Shown: piece by piece, positions 48,491-56,896 of the stretch
How the letters are laid out: each line of letters begins with the position of its first letter
How positions within the stretch are numbered: the stretch's first letter is position 1
Assembly: GCA_963771465.1 (NCBI GenBank)
Contig: CAVYTU010000001.1
Location: 1-64,000 of the forward strand
Source of the DNA: an uncultured delta proteobacterium
GTDB taxonomy: Bacteria; Desulfobacterota; Binatia; UBA9968
Direction of reading: 5' to 3'
DNA length: 64,000 bases
Notes under the pieces: model-generated
What the model was told of the DNA's origin: nothing
Databases searched by the model: none
The model's input: only the letters and a program-made list of their open reading frames with translations
Made by a program: the position numbers and the translations under genes

Positions 48491-49858
48491 ATGGCAAAGA
48501 AACTCTTCATCCAAACCTACGGCTGCCAGATGAACCAGTACGATTCCGAGCGCATCGCTCAGGTGATGACCCGGAGCGGCTATGTTCAGACCGAGCGCAT
48601 CGATGCGGCGGATTTGATTTTGCTCAACACGTGCAGCGTCCGCGATAAGGCTGAACAAAAAGTATACAGCGCGCTTGGCAACTGGAAGGAATTCAAAGAC
48701 CATCGCGATGGTGTGATCATCGGTGTCGGCGGCTGCGTCGCGCAGCAGGAAGGCGAAAACCTTTTAAAACGCGTCCCCCATCTGGATATCGTGTTCGGCA
48801 CCCATAACATTCATAAGTTGCCTGAGTTGGTCGAACAGGTTGAATCCGAGCGCGCCCGGCCGGTTGAAGTGACTTTTTACCGCGACCCGGCATACATGGA
48901 AGATGTCGATGGCAGAACGCAAGTCCATGGGGCGAAAGCCTATGTGACGATCATGCAGGGCTGCAACAAAGTCTGTAGCTTTTGCATCGTGCCCCATGTG
49001 CGCGGCCGCGAGGTCAGCCGTCCGAGCGCAAAAATTATCGCCGAGATCGAATCGTTGGTCGCCCAAGGCGTCAAAGAAGTGATGCTCTTGGGCCAGAACG
49101 TCAACTCCTACGGCAAGCTTACCCCAGGTGAATGGAGCTTCGCCGAGCTTTTGCGCCGCGTCGACGCGATCGACGGTTTAGAGCGCATTCGCTTCACGAC
49201 GTCGCATCCACAAGATTTGTCATCGGAGTTGATCGAGGCTTTCGCCAACTGCGCGCATTTATGCGAACATCTCCATTTACCGGTTCAATCAGGCTCAGAC
49301 AGCGTCCTCGCGCGCATGCGCCGCGGCTACACGCGGCAGGAATATTTGGACCGTCTCATGCGCTTGCGCGATCGCTGTCCACAAGTCGTGTTCAGCACCG
49401 ATATTATCGTCGGCTTTCCAAGAGAAACCGACGCCGAATTCGCACAGACTCTAGAATTGCTAGAGTCAGTCAAGTATGATGAAATCTACTCGTTCATGTA
49501 TTCACCTCGGCCACAGACAGTCGCAGCGAAACTCTTTGACGACGACGTTCCCAAGGGCGTTAAAAAAGAACGTCTAACGAAAGTGCAAACGTTGCAGCGG
49601 GAAATATCGCTGGGAAAGAATCGCCAGCGTATCGGTGAGCGCGAGGAAATATTCTTCGACGGCCCCTCGAAGCTTAAAAACGGACAATTGATGGGACGCA
49701 CGCGCACGAATCGAATTGTCAATGTTGCGGCACCAGCGAGTCTCATCGGACAGATTGTTCCAGTGAGAATCACCAGCGCCACTGCTAACTCGTTGCTCGG
49801 TGAAGTGTTGTGGGATAAGTCTGGGGCGGACTCGCAGTTGGAAGGGAACAGGCTATGA
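48491..49858 (+). CDS. miaB: tRNA-2-methylthio-N6-isopentenyladenosine synthase
   Basis: QTYGCQMN, NTCSVRDKAE, GCVAQ, radical SAM GCNKVCSFC, LLGQNVNSY, TTSHP, TRAM domain. Confidence 0.96.
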   Translation: MAKKLFIQTYGCQMNQYDSERIAQVMTRSGYVQTERIDAADLILLNTCSVRDKAEQKVYSALGNWKEFKDHRDGVIIGVGGCVAQQEGENLLKRVPHLDIVFGTHNIHKLPELVEQVESERARPVEVTFYRDPAYMEDVDGRTQVHGAKAYVTIMQGCNKVCSFCIVPHVRGREVSRPSAKIIAEIESLVAQGVKEVMLLGQNVNSYGKLTPGEWSFAELLRRVDAIDGLERIRFTTSHPQDLSSELIEAFANCAHLCEHLHLPVQSGSDSVLARMRRGYTRQEYLDRLMRLRDRCPQVVFSTDIIVGFPRETDAEFAQTLELLESVKYDEIYSFMYSPRPQTVAAKLFDDDVPKGVKKERLTKVQTLQREISLGKNRQRIGEREEIFFDGPSKLKNGQLMGRTRTNRIVNVAAPASLIGQIVPVRITSATANSLLGEVLWDKSGADSQLEGNRL

Positions 49859-50382
49859 GCAAAAAGGAAGACACCATCGAGATGTCGGTTGGCGGATTAA
49901 CCTTGGATCCAGTGACCAAAACCCCGATTGTGATTTTGAAAGATACCGAGAACAAGCTCAATTTGCCGATCTGGATCGGCTTGCTCGAAGCGACCGCGAT
50001 GGCGACCGAGATCGAAGGCATAAAGATGGCTCGGCCGATGACTCACGACCTGCTCAAAACCATCTTGGGCGAATTCGGCTGCGCCGTCGAATCGGTGGAG
50101 ATAACCGAGCTCAAAGAAAACACTTATTATGCGTCGGTCAATTTGAGCGTCGCCGGCCGCCAAGTCATGATCGATTCGCGGCCGAGCGATGCGATCGCTC
50201 TGGCGCTGCGGACCAAGAGTCCGATTTACGTCGCTAAAGCTGTCCTTGAGGCATCGAGCGTATTGCAGCAAAGCGATGAAGGTAAAGAACCGCCGGTAGA
50301 AAACATTTCCAATGTATCCCAAGAAAAATGGTCCGAGATTCTCGAAAAAATGGGCCCGGGCGATTTTAAGTATAAGCAATAG
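49855..50382 (+). CDS. Bifunctional nuclease (DUF151/BFN)
   Basis: LPIWIG..EA.A, RPMTHDL, IDSRPSDAIALALR. Confidence 0.92.
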   Translation: MSKKEDTIEMSVGGLTLDPVTKTPIVILKDTENKLNLPIWIGLLEATAMATEIEGIKMARPMTHDLLKTILGEFGCAVESVEITELKENTYYASVNLSVAGRQVMIDSRPSDAIALALRTKSPIYVAKAVLEASSVLQQSDEGKEPPVENISNVSQEKWSEILEKMGPGDFKYKQ

Positions 50383-50466
50383 CCTAGAATCGTACCGCCG
50401 GTCTAGCCGACTTTCATGGCGAACCTTTCCGCGCACCCTGAAAAGTATTTCACGACGCAAGGGAAC

Positions 50467-51151
50467 ATGGCTACTGCAAGCAAAAGAATATCTAGAAAAG
50501 AACTGCGCCAACCGGATTCGTTTCAACTTGGCACAGAAAAAGCGCTTGAATTCTATAAAGGTCATCAAGCGCTAGTGATTCAGCGGTATCGCTGCGTTGA
50601 TTGTTATCCTGTTGGCGATCTGGGGTTGGCAAGTCTACAAGGACAATCAGAACGTCACCGCATCTATTGAGTTCAATAAAGCGTTGGTAGCCTACCAAGA
50701 AAACAAATATCCCGAAGCGCTTGCCGCTTTTGAAAAAGTTCAAACTTACCGATGGTCGCGTTATGCGAGTTTATCGCACTTGTACCAGGCGAATATCTAT
50801 TTGGCGACCAACGATCTCGACAAAGCGCTCAATTCGGGTCAGCGAGCCGTGACGGCGACCAAACCAAATACGATGTTTCGCCAACTCGCACTGATGGCGT
50901 TGGCAGCCGCCGAAGAGCGCAAGAATCAATGTAAGACTGCGATCGAGCATTTCAACGAAGCACAAAAGATCGCAGGACCATTACAAAGCAGCGCGATATT
51001 GGGCAAAGCTCGATGCGCGGAGCAAATTGGCGACAAAGCCGCAGCGATCGCTGCGTACAAGGACTACGTGAAAGAGAATCCCGGTTCGCCAATGGGGCTC
51101 AAGCTTACTGAGTTGGAATCGGCCAGCGTGGCTCAGCCAGCGGCTAAGTGA
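50467..51151 (+). CDS. YfgM-like membrane-anchored TPR protein; apparent frameshift near 50580
   Basis: RKELRQPDSF N-terminus in one frame; TM plus TPR-like helices in the next. Confidence 0.75.
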
Positions 51152-51297
51152 TTCCAAGGCATCATGAGGTTACGTCTGATAAGAAATATTATGTAAACTA
51201 AAAGATATACCGTGTAATTCACTCCATCAACATCCCCTCAATAATATCCGAAGCGCCCTTCTCCTCATCTCCGCGACCGTAACGGAATCACTTAACG

Positions 51298-52455
51298 CTA
51301 GAAATAGCGCCATAGCCACCATTTCTCAAAACCGATTTTAGCCCAGTAGATTAACTTTGAAGGACCCAGCGTTCTTGGGTCTGTTACTCCGAATGGCGGC
51401 CAGCCGGTCGGATAAGTCGTTCGATTTGCCGCGGCGCGTCCAGCGCCGAACGCCAGCAGTCATATGGTATGGAGCCATAGATCGACCGGCCGTCCTTTGC
51501 CGGTGATCTCGACGGCCAGATTCTGCGCCAGCACGTCGGCTTCTTGATGCGCCACGCCGCCGGCTTTTGACGCCGGCATATCGGCGCAATCGCCGATTGC
51601 GTAAACGTTGTCCCATTTGGTTTGCAACGTGTCGTAGTCAACGCGGATGCCCGTTTCCGTATCGGCGAGGCCGCTGTCGAGTAAAACCTGAGCCGGCCGA
51701 TGTGGCGGCACCATGACCAACAGATCGTAGGAAATATTGTAATTATACAAACCTTGGACGATTTTCTTTTCCGGATCGATGGCACGCACCACGAACTCAT
51801 AATTCTGCTTGATGCCGCGACGCTTGCTTTCCGCGTCCATCCACACGACCGGATCATGGGCTTCGCCAGTGGGCTCGGCCTCACGGGTAAAATACTCGAT
51901 CTCGACGCGATCGCGAATGCCTTTGTGACGGAAATAGCCGTCGAGCATCCACTGCGCCTCATAGGGCGCCGGCGGGCAGCGATAAGGACCAAGCGGTACG
52001 CCGACAACTACCCTGCCACCGCGAAAACTCGCCAGGCTGTCACGCAAGCGAACCGCTGACTCCATTTCCCAAGGATGCTGCGACGATTCGGCGAAGCCAG
52101 AAACCAAATCGGGTCGCGTCTGCAAGCCGAGAGAAACGATGAGATAGTCGTAGCTTATTTTTTCTTTTTCCAGGGCGATTTCTTGGCGCACGGGATCGAT
52201 GCCGTTGATCTCAGATTGAACTACTCTAACGTTGCGTTTTTCGAGAATTTTTAGACTGCGGCTGATATCGTGCGGCTGGCGCTCGCCGAGCATGACAAAA
52301 AGAAATGCCGGCATAAAAATATGATCAGGGCGGCGGTCGATTAGAATAACGTCATGATCGGCGCCGAGCTTGCGACCCAACTGCGTCGCGGCCACGACAC
52401 CGCCGCAGCCGCCGCCCAAAATGACGATTTTCTTGCGTCGCGATAAAAGTTGCAT
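51298..52455 (-). CDS. Sulfide:quinone oxidoreductase/FCSD-like FAD flavoprotein with in-frame UGA (probable selenocysteine 332), 385 aa
   Basis: GGGCGG Rossmann motif, YDYLIVSLG, Cys160 in PYRCPPAPYE, VPPH, NVYAIGD, PASKAG. After the TGA at 51460-51462 the frame continues LLAFGAGRA...KLIYWAKIGFEKWWLWRYF to TAG, matching the family C-terminal amphipathic helix. Confidence 0.85.
51427..51458 (-). promoter_or_regulatory. Candidate bacterial SECIS hairpin
   Basis: After UGA: c-UGCUG-gcguuc-GGCGC-uggac-GCGCC-g-CGGCA. The apical loop begins 17 nt after the UGA with G at its second position. Confidence 0.6.
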
Positions 52456-52463
52456 GTCGAAAA

Positions 52464-52664
52464 TTACGCCAGGTTTTCCTTGTCGCCGAAGCGCTGCTTT
52501 GAGCGTTGAGCCAAGCCTTGCAGGTTTCTCAATCGCTGCTCGCGCCAGAGCCTCTGTTCTTTTTTACCGTCGGCAGTGAGCTCTTTGCCGAAACCGGAGG
52601 TCGAGCGCAAAAGCCAAATCATCAGCTTGTCAGAAAGGTCTTTAATCCATTCCATAAGGTTCAT
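52464..52664 (-). CDS. Small hypothetical protein directly upstream of the SQR-like gene
   Basis: MNLMEWIKDLSDKLMIWLLR...; fills the gap between operon genes; amphipathic N-terminus. Confidence 0.45.
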   Translation of the reverse strand: MNLMEWIKDLSDKLMIWLLRSTSGFGKELTADGKKEQRLWREQRLRNLQGLAQRSKQRFGDKENLA

Positions 52665-52719
52665 CCGCACACACTTCGGCAGGTTAGAAATCTAGCGGGC
52701 ATTATTACCGATTATTAAG

Positions 52720-53688
52720 CTATCTGAGGAAAGTATCGATTTGCCTTAGCTTTTCGCTGGCATCGAGCAAACCTTGCGGGGTTGGGCCCGCTTCGCCGAT
52801 CAGTCCGACTTGACGCAGAAACTGACCGATCTGTTCATGGTCGCGCGGACTGACAGGCGTGTAAGGACGGCAGGGATTACCGATATCGACGCCGAAATGT
52901 TTCATCGCCGACTTCATCACCGGCGGCAAGCCATAGGCGCCCCACTTGCCCGGGAACAAGGCATAGCAGCGTGCCCAAAAGCGCGCCGTGTCCAGATCGC
53001 CGGCGCGAAATGCTTTGACGATCTGCGCGCCGATACGAGTGCCTGGAGGCGGCATGGTCGCACCCGATCCACCGAGCATCAACGTCACCAGCAACGGCTG
53101 CATTGTCGTGAAATAATGGCCGCGGCCAGCGAGCTCGATTTGCTCGATCAATCGCGAGATTTTCGTAATGTCCCGTGAGCTTTCCTTGAAGTAACGAATA
53201 TTATCGATCTCGCTGATCTTGACGAAGGCATCCTGCGGCGGATCGGCGCCTGGCCCGGGATTGTGATAGCAAGTAACCGGCAACGGACTCGCCGACGCCA
53301 CTTGGGTGTAGAACTCCATCAGCTCCGCGATGGTCGGTTGCCCGCCCCAGGGGCGAAGCGGCATCAGCACTTGAATAAAATCGCCGCCCACTTTCGCCGA
53401 GTAGTCGGCCAGTTCGATGACTTCGCGTGGCGCCGGGCTGGAGCAACCGAGTATCACGGGAACACGTTTGGCGATCATTTCGGTGGCGACTTTGAGAACT
53501 TCTTTGCGCTCGTCGCGCGACAGCATTGTGTATTCGGCCGCCTCGACCGCGGCGACGGTGATCGCGTCGCAGTCAGGCACGAGAAATTCAATTTCTTTTT
53601 CGAGCGCCTTGTAGTCGATCCGATCCTGTTCGTCGAAAGGCGTCAGGCATGCGCCGATGATCCCGCTGATGGGTTTGGTTGTTGCCAT
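52720..53688 (-). CDS. DHDPS/NAL-family aldolase/lyase
   Basis: GIIGACLTPF, EAAEYTMLS..ER, CYHNP, Schiff-base Lys in YFKESS. Confidence 0.85.
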   Translation of the reverse strand: MATTKPISGIIGACLTPFDEQDRIDYKALEKEIEFLVPDCDAITVAAVEAAEYTMLSRDERKEVLKVATEMIAKRVPVILGCSSPAPREVIELADYSAKVGGDFIQVLMPLRPWGGQPTIAELMEFYTQVASASPLPVTCYHNPGPGADPPQDAFVKISEIDNIRYFKESSRDITKISRLIEQIELAGRGHYFTTMQPLLVTLMLGGSGATMPPPGTRIGAQIVKAFRAGDLDTARFWARCYALFPGKWGAYGLPPVMKSAMKHFGVDIGNPCRPYTPVSPRDHEQIGQFLRQVGLIGEAGPTPQGLLDASEKLRQIDTFLR

Positions 53689-53692
53689 AACG

Positions 53693-54349
53693 CTAATTCA
53701 AAACTTCCGCGATGATGCGCGCGTGGCCGGCATCGCTGCCTTTGATGCGTAGCGGCAGCGCCATGATGCGCGTGCGTTTGCCGATGATGCTGCCGATATT
53801 GGTGACGTTCTCCGCGATCAAGACATTATTGCCGAGCAGTGTGCGATGCACCGGAAAATCAAATCCCTTGGGTCTCAGCGGCGTCGGCAGATCGACGGTG
53901 ATGCAATCGATGCCGAACATCTTGATGCCCTTCTTGACCATCCATTCGGCGGCGTCGACGGAAAGATAAGGATGCAGATTGTAATCCGGGCTATCGAACT
54001 TCTCGTCCCAGCCTGTGTGAAGCATGAGAATATCGCCGCGATTGACCTCGACCCCGGACGATTCGAAATCCTTGGCCGTCACTTCTTCGCCGCCGTTCTT
54101 CTTCACGCTGACCACCGCGCCGGTGCCGACGAAGGCGTCTATGGGCAATTCGTCGATCGATTTGCCATTGGCAACGATGTGAATCGGCGCGTCGACGTGA
54201 GTGCCGGCGTGGCACGGCAACGAGAGTTCCGTCACGTTCAGCGGATGGCCCTTTTCCAAGCTCAAAAATTTTGTTACATGAACATCCGGTAAGATCGGAA
54301 TCTTCGGCATGCCGTCATAAATCACCCTAGATAGATCGATCATTTCCAT
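53693..54349 (-). CDS. Cyclase-family metal hydrolase (kynurenine formamidase-like)
   Basis: IDLS, HAGTHVDAPIH, LHTGW, GIDC..VD, VHRTLLG, IAENV, ALPLRI.G.D. Confidence 0.92.
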   Translation of the reverse strand: MEMIDLSRVIYDGMPKIPILPDVHVTKFLSLEKGHPLNVTELSLPCHAGTHVDAPIHIVANGKSIDELPIDAFVGTGAVVSVKKNGGEEVTAKDFESSGVEVNRGDILMLHTGWDEKFDSPDYNLHPYLSVDAAEWMVKKGIKMFGIDCITVDLPTPLRPKGFDFPVHRTLLGNNVLIAENVTNIGSIIGKRTRIMALPLRIKGSDAGHARIIAEVLN

Positions 54350-54365
54350 GGCCGATTCTCCTTCG

Positions 54366-55106
54366 TCATTTTCCCCCGCGCCAGCGCGCGTAGAGAGGAT
54401 CTTTATCGACAAACGCGCGCTTGATACCGTCGAAGGCGAGCCAAAACTGATCCAACGTCTTCTGCACCGAAGCGCGCACGGCGACCTGCTGCGGTTCGCT
54501 TACTGCATAACGTTCCACAGCTAGCGGTCCAACTTTCATATGTTCTTCGTCGACACCCATATGCAAAGTCCAGTAGCGAATATCTTCAGACTCGCGATTG
54601 AAACCGTAATGCTTGGTGAGCCCATTGACGATGCGAGTCATGCGCTCGTTCGCAGTTCCTTCGAGGCAGAATCCCTGACACGCATATAGCTCCAACCAAC
54701 TGCGTTGGAACATCAACAATTCGCGCCAATCGAGAAAGGCTTGGGTCTCGGGAGTCGGCTCAACCCGATCGAGCTCTTCTTTGCTCCAGCCACCGGCTTT
54801 GGCGAAACGAATGAAAAGCTGCTTATGGCTATCGGTTCCAGTGATCTCCCCTGTCCCCTCCTCGACAACATTCTCAATCCACATCTTTTCCAACTCGGGA
54901 TCGTCAGGACAGCGCGCCAGCATCGCCGCGATCGGTTTCGGAAAGGGTTTTGGGAAGAACAAATAAAACTGTCCAATGAAACCCTTGAGCGCATCGCGAT
55001 CGAGTTTGCCTTCCTCGATCATGGCGATAATCGGATGATCCTTCGAATGCTTAGCGCGCACTATCTGCTGGATCTCTTTAATAAACTCCGTGCTCGATTT
55101 TGCCAT
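54366..55106 (-). CDS. TenA/PqqC/CADD-like heme-oxygenase-like diiron protein (HDO)
   Basis: HP, EGKL, ENVVEEG...SHKQLF, LE, YWTLHMGVDEEH: the E/H/E/H-x3-D-x2-H ligand set typical of CADD-like proteins. Confidence 0.82.
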   Translation of the reverse strand: MAKSSTEFIKEIQQIVRAKHSKDHPIIAMIEEGKLDRDALKGFIGQFYLFFPKPFPKPIAAMLARCPDDPELEKMWIENVVEEGTGEITGTDSHKQLFIRFAKAGGWSKEELDRVEPTPETQAFLDWRELLMFQRSWLELYACQGFCLEGTANERMTRIVNGLTKHYGFNRESEDIRYWTLHMGVDEEHMKVGPLAVERYAVSEPQQVAVRASVQKTLDQFWLAFDGIKRAFVDKDPLYARWRGGK

Positions 55107-55610
55107 GAAGCTTAACTCCCAAAATTAACCGCCTGTTGCAACGACCCGGCAAGCTTTGAACTCACGGGATGAGAACTAGTAATCCGTCGTGCCAAATTGC
55201 TGGATAGTATGAACTCTTACCACAAGGGAAAATCAGAGAAAAGCGAGTCGCCGCAATTGTTATTCCCGCGCTAATCGGCGCGCTGGACTCTATCGTGACT
55301 GAGCTCCGTTCTTAACTTAAGATTGCGGCGCAAGCTGAAATTAAAAAACTACTGTTGCCGTTATCGTCCGAGCGGTCCATCCCATCAAACCAAGTTCATA
55401 CATTAGACAACTATCATAGTGGCAGATTACCAGAGTGATCACCGCACCTACGTAAAAATAACCTGCGAGCGGGTAAAGATTGCTCTAGGGTCGACCCATC
55501 GAAGCGTGTAAGTCGTTGTATCATCGCGACTTGGTTATTTCTCCTGTTATCGGTCCAAGTTTTGCTCAACAAATGCCTATAGCGCTCGATAGAAAAGGGG
55601 ATCGTTCGAG

Positions 55611-55841
55611 ATGACCAATAGCGAAATTGCCGACGCTTGGGCGGAACACTACCCCAAACGCCACGATCGGCAGGTTTCGCAGCAGGTTTGCACTCTGATC
55701 AGTGAATTGGTCCGCGCCAAAAGCAACTTGGACTCATCATACATTAGCCCTGGGTTCAGGGTTATCGTCGTATTGGATACGATTGGAATTCCGGGAGAAC
55801 AATTCGAGACAGTCAAAGGCGAAGAAACCGCACGTCGTTAA
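55611..55841 (+). CDS. Small hypothetical protein (PKRHD family, copy 1)
   Basis: RBS-like AAGGGGG; homologous to the convergent ORF 55995-56237. Confidence 0.65.
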   Translation: MTNSEIADAWAEHYPKRHDRQVSQQVCTLISELVRAKSNLDSSYISPGFRVIVVLDTIGIPGEQFETVKGEETARR

Positions 55842-55994
55842 ACTCTCGGGTGATGTACTTCTTTTTCTCTGTTTTTTTGGTGGCAAAGGGACCGAAAGCT
55901 TTCGGTAAAATCCCCAACAAGCTTCGCAGTACTCAGGACGAACGAAAAACAATTCGGACGTAGGAAAAATTGCATTCGTCGGTACGCGCCTCCA

Positions 55995-56237
55995 TCACAA
56001 GAATGCGTCCTCGGTTTCTTTTGCAAACTCAAAGAACTCGTCCTTGGGAACTTTGAAATGCCCGAGAGCGTGATGGAGTTTATCCGACCAAGAGCCGTAG
56101 GGTATTATCTTATTCGCTCGTCCGGTAATGATGTAATACATCGTAGCGCAGACGGTCTTCGAGCGTTCACTGTCGTGACGTTTGGGGAAGTTTATCGCCC
56201 ATAGGCGTGCGACTTCCTCGTCGGCGATTTGGACCAT
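55995..56237 (-). CDS. Small hypothetical protein (PKRHD family, copy 2)
   Basis: GAGGAG RBS; shares E(I/V)A..WA..(Y/F)PKRHD...S..VC with copy 1. Confidence 0.65.
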   Translation of the reverse strand: MVQIADEEVARLWAINFPKRHDSERSKTVCATMYYIITGRANKIIPYGSWSDKLHHALGHFKVPKDEFFEFAKETEDAFL

Positions 56238-56351
56238 GCACTCCTCAGTCGCTTTAACGTGCTCGTTTCGCCACTCCTTATAACATAGCTGGCCGGCAAG
56301 AAAGCAACCGCATTCTTCAGATATCGGAGATCTTTCTAGTGAGGCAACAAC

Positions 56352-56379
56352 AAAAAAGCCCTTGATTTCTCAAGGGCTT
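56352..56379 (-). terminator. Rho-independent terminator
   Basis: Minus strand AAGCCCTTGA-GAAA-TCAAGGGCTT-TTTT. Confidence 0.8.
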
Positions 56380-56384
56380 GAAAG

Positions 56385-56428
56385 TGGATCGAGTGATCGG
56401 GTCGAACCGATGATCTTCTATTTAGCAA
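56385..56428 (-). mobile_element. Degenerate 3' half of tRNA-Gly (probable old att site)
   Basis: Minus strand TTGCTAAATAG-AAGATCATCGGTTCGACCC-GATCACTCGATCCA vs tRNA-Gly TTGCCAAGCAT-AAGGTCGTCGGTTCGACCCCGATCACCCGCTCCA (29/34 over the last 34 nt). Confidence 0.6.
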
Positions 56429-56896
56429 ACACAAAAAGCATGGGAAGCGACGATGAAAGTTCTTTTGAATCAACCCAGAGATTCGCTGCTCTTCCCTCTT
56501 GCTACTGACAAAAAGTGAAAACTTTTTCAGTTTTCTACCGGTCAGTGAATCCAAAAAAGCCGCTATCGCATGCATACTGATCATTGTCATCGGTTCCCCT
56601 GTCATCGCAGAGCGAATTCTTAAGATTGAACGGTAGGAGGTACCGTTACGGTTCAGTGAATTGGTTCGTAGGAAATAGTTTTCAATTATTTACCTGACCT
56701 TCCAGATGAGCGGCCGTCGGACATGGCTCCGCCCCTTTCGAACCCACAGCAGGGCGCTCGATGCTTCAATGCAAAATACTGTTAGTTAGTTGGGGACTGC
56801 CGGGCGGTTGCCGGCAGGTGAGAAACCAGGTGGGAAGAGGACACTCGCGCAGTTCGATACCCACGGAACAAAAAGAACGCGCGCCAAACGGGCGGC

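Noticed and set aside
55175-55195. sigma54 promoter upstream of the HDO gene (minus strand TGGCACG...TTAC)
   Set aside because: Spacing is one base off and the -12 GC is absent.
9269-56428. A 47-kb island bounded by tRNA-Gly and the tRNA-Gly-like fragment
   Set aside because: The two are in inverted orientation and the interval contains housekeeping genes (miaB, uup, cyclophilin).
56630-56648. Hairpin AACGGTA-GGAGG-TACCGTT resembling a CsrA site or sRNA element
   Set aside because: Single hairpin with no repeats or associated ORF; insufficient support.
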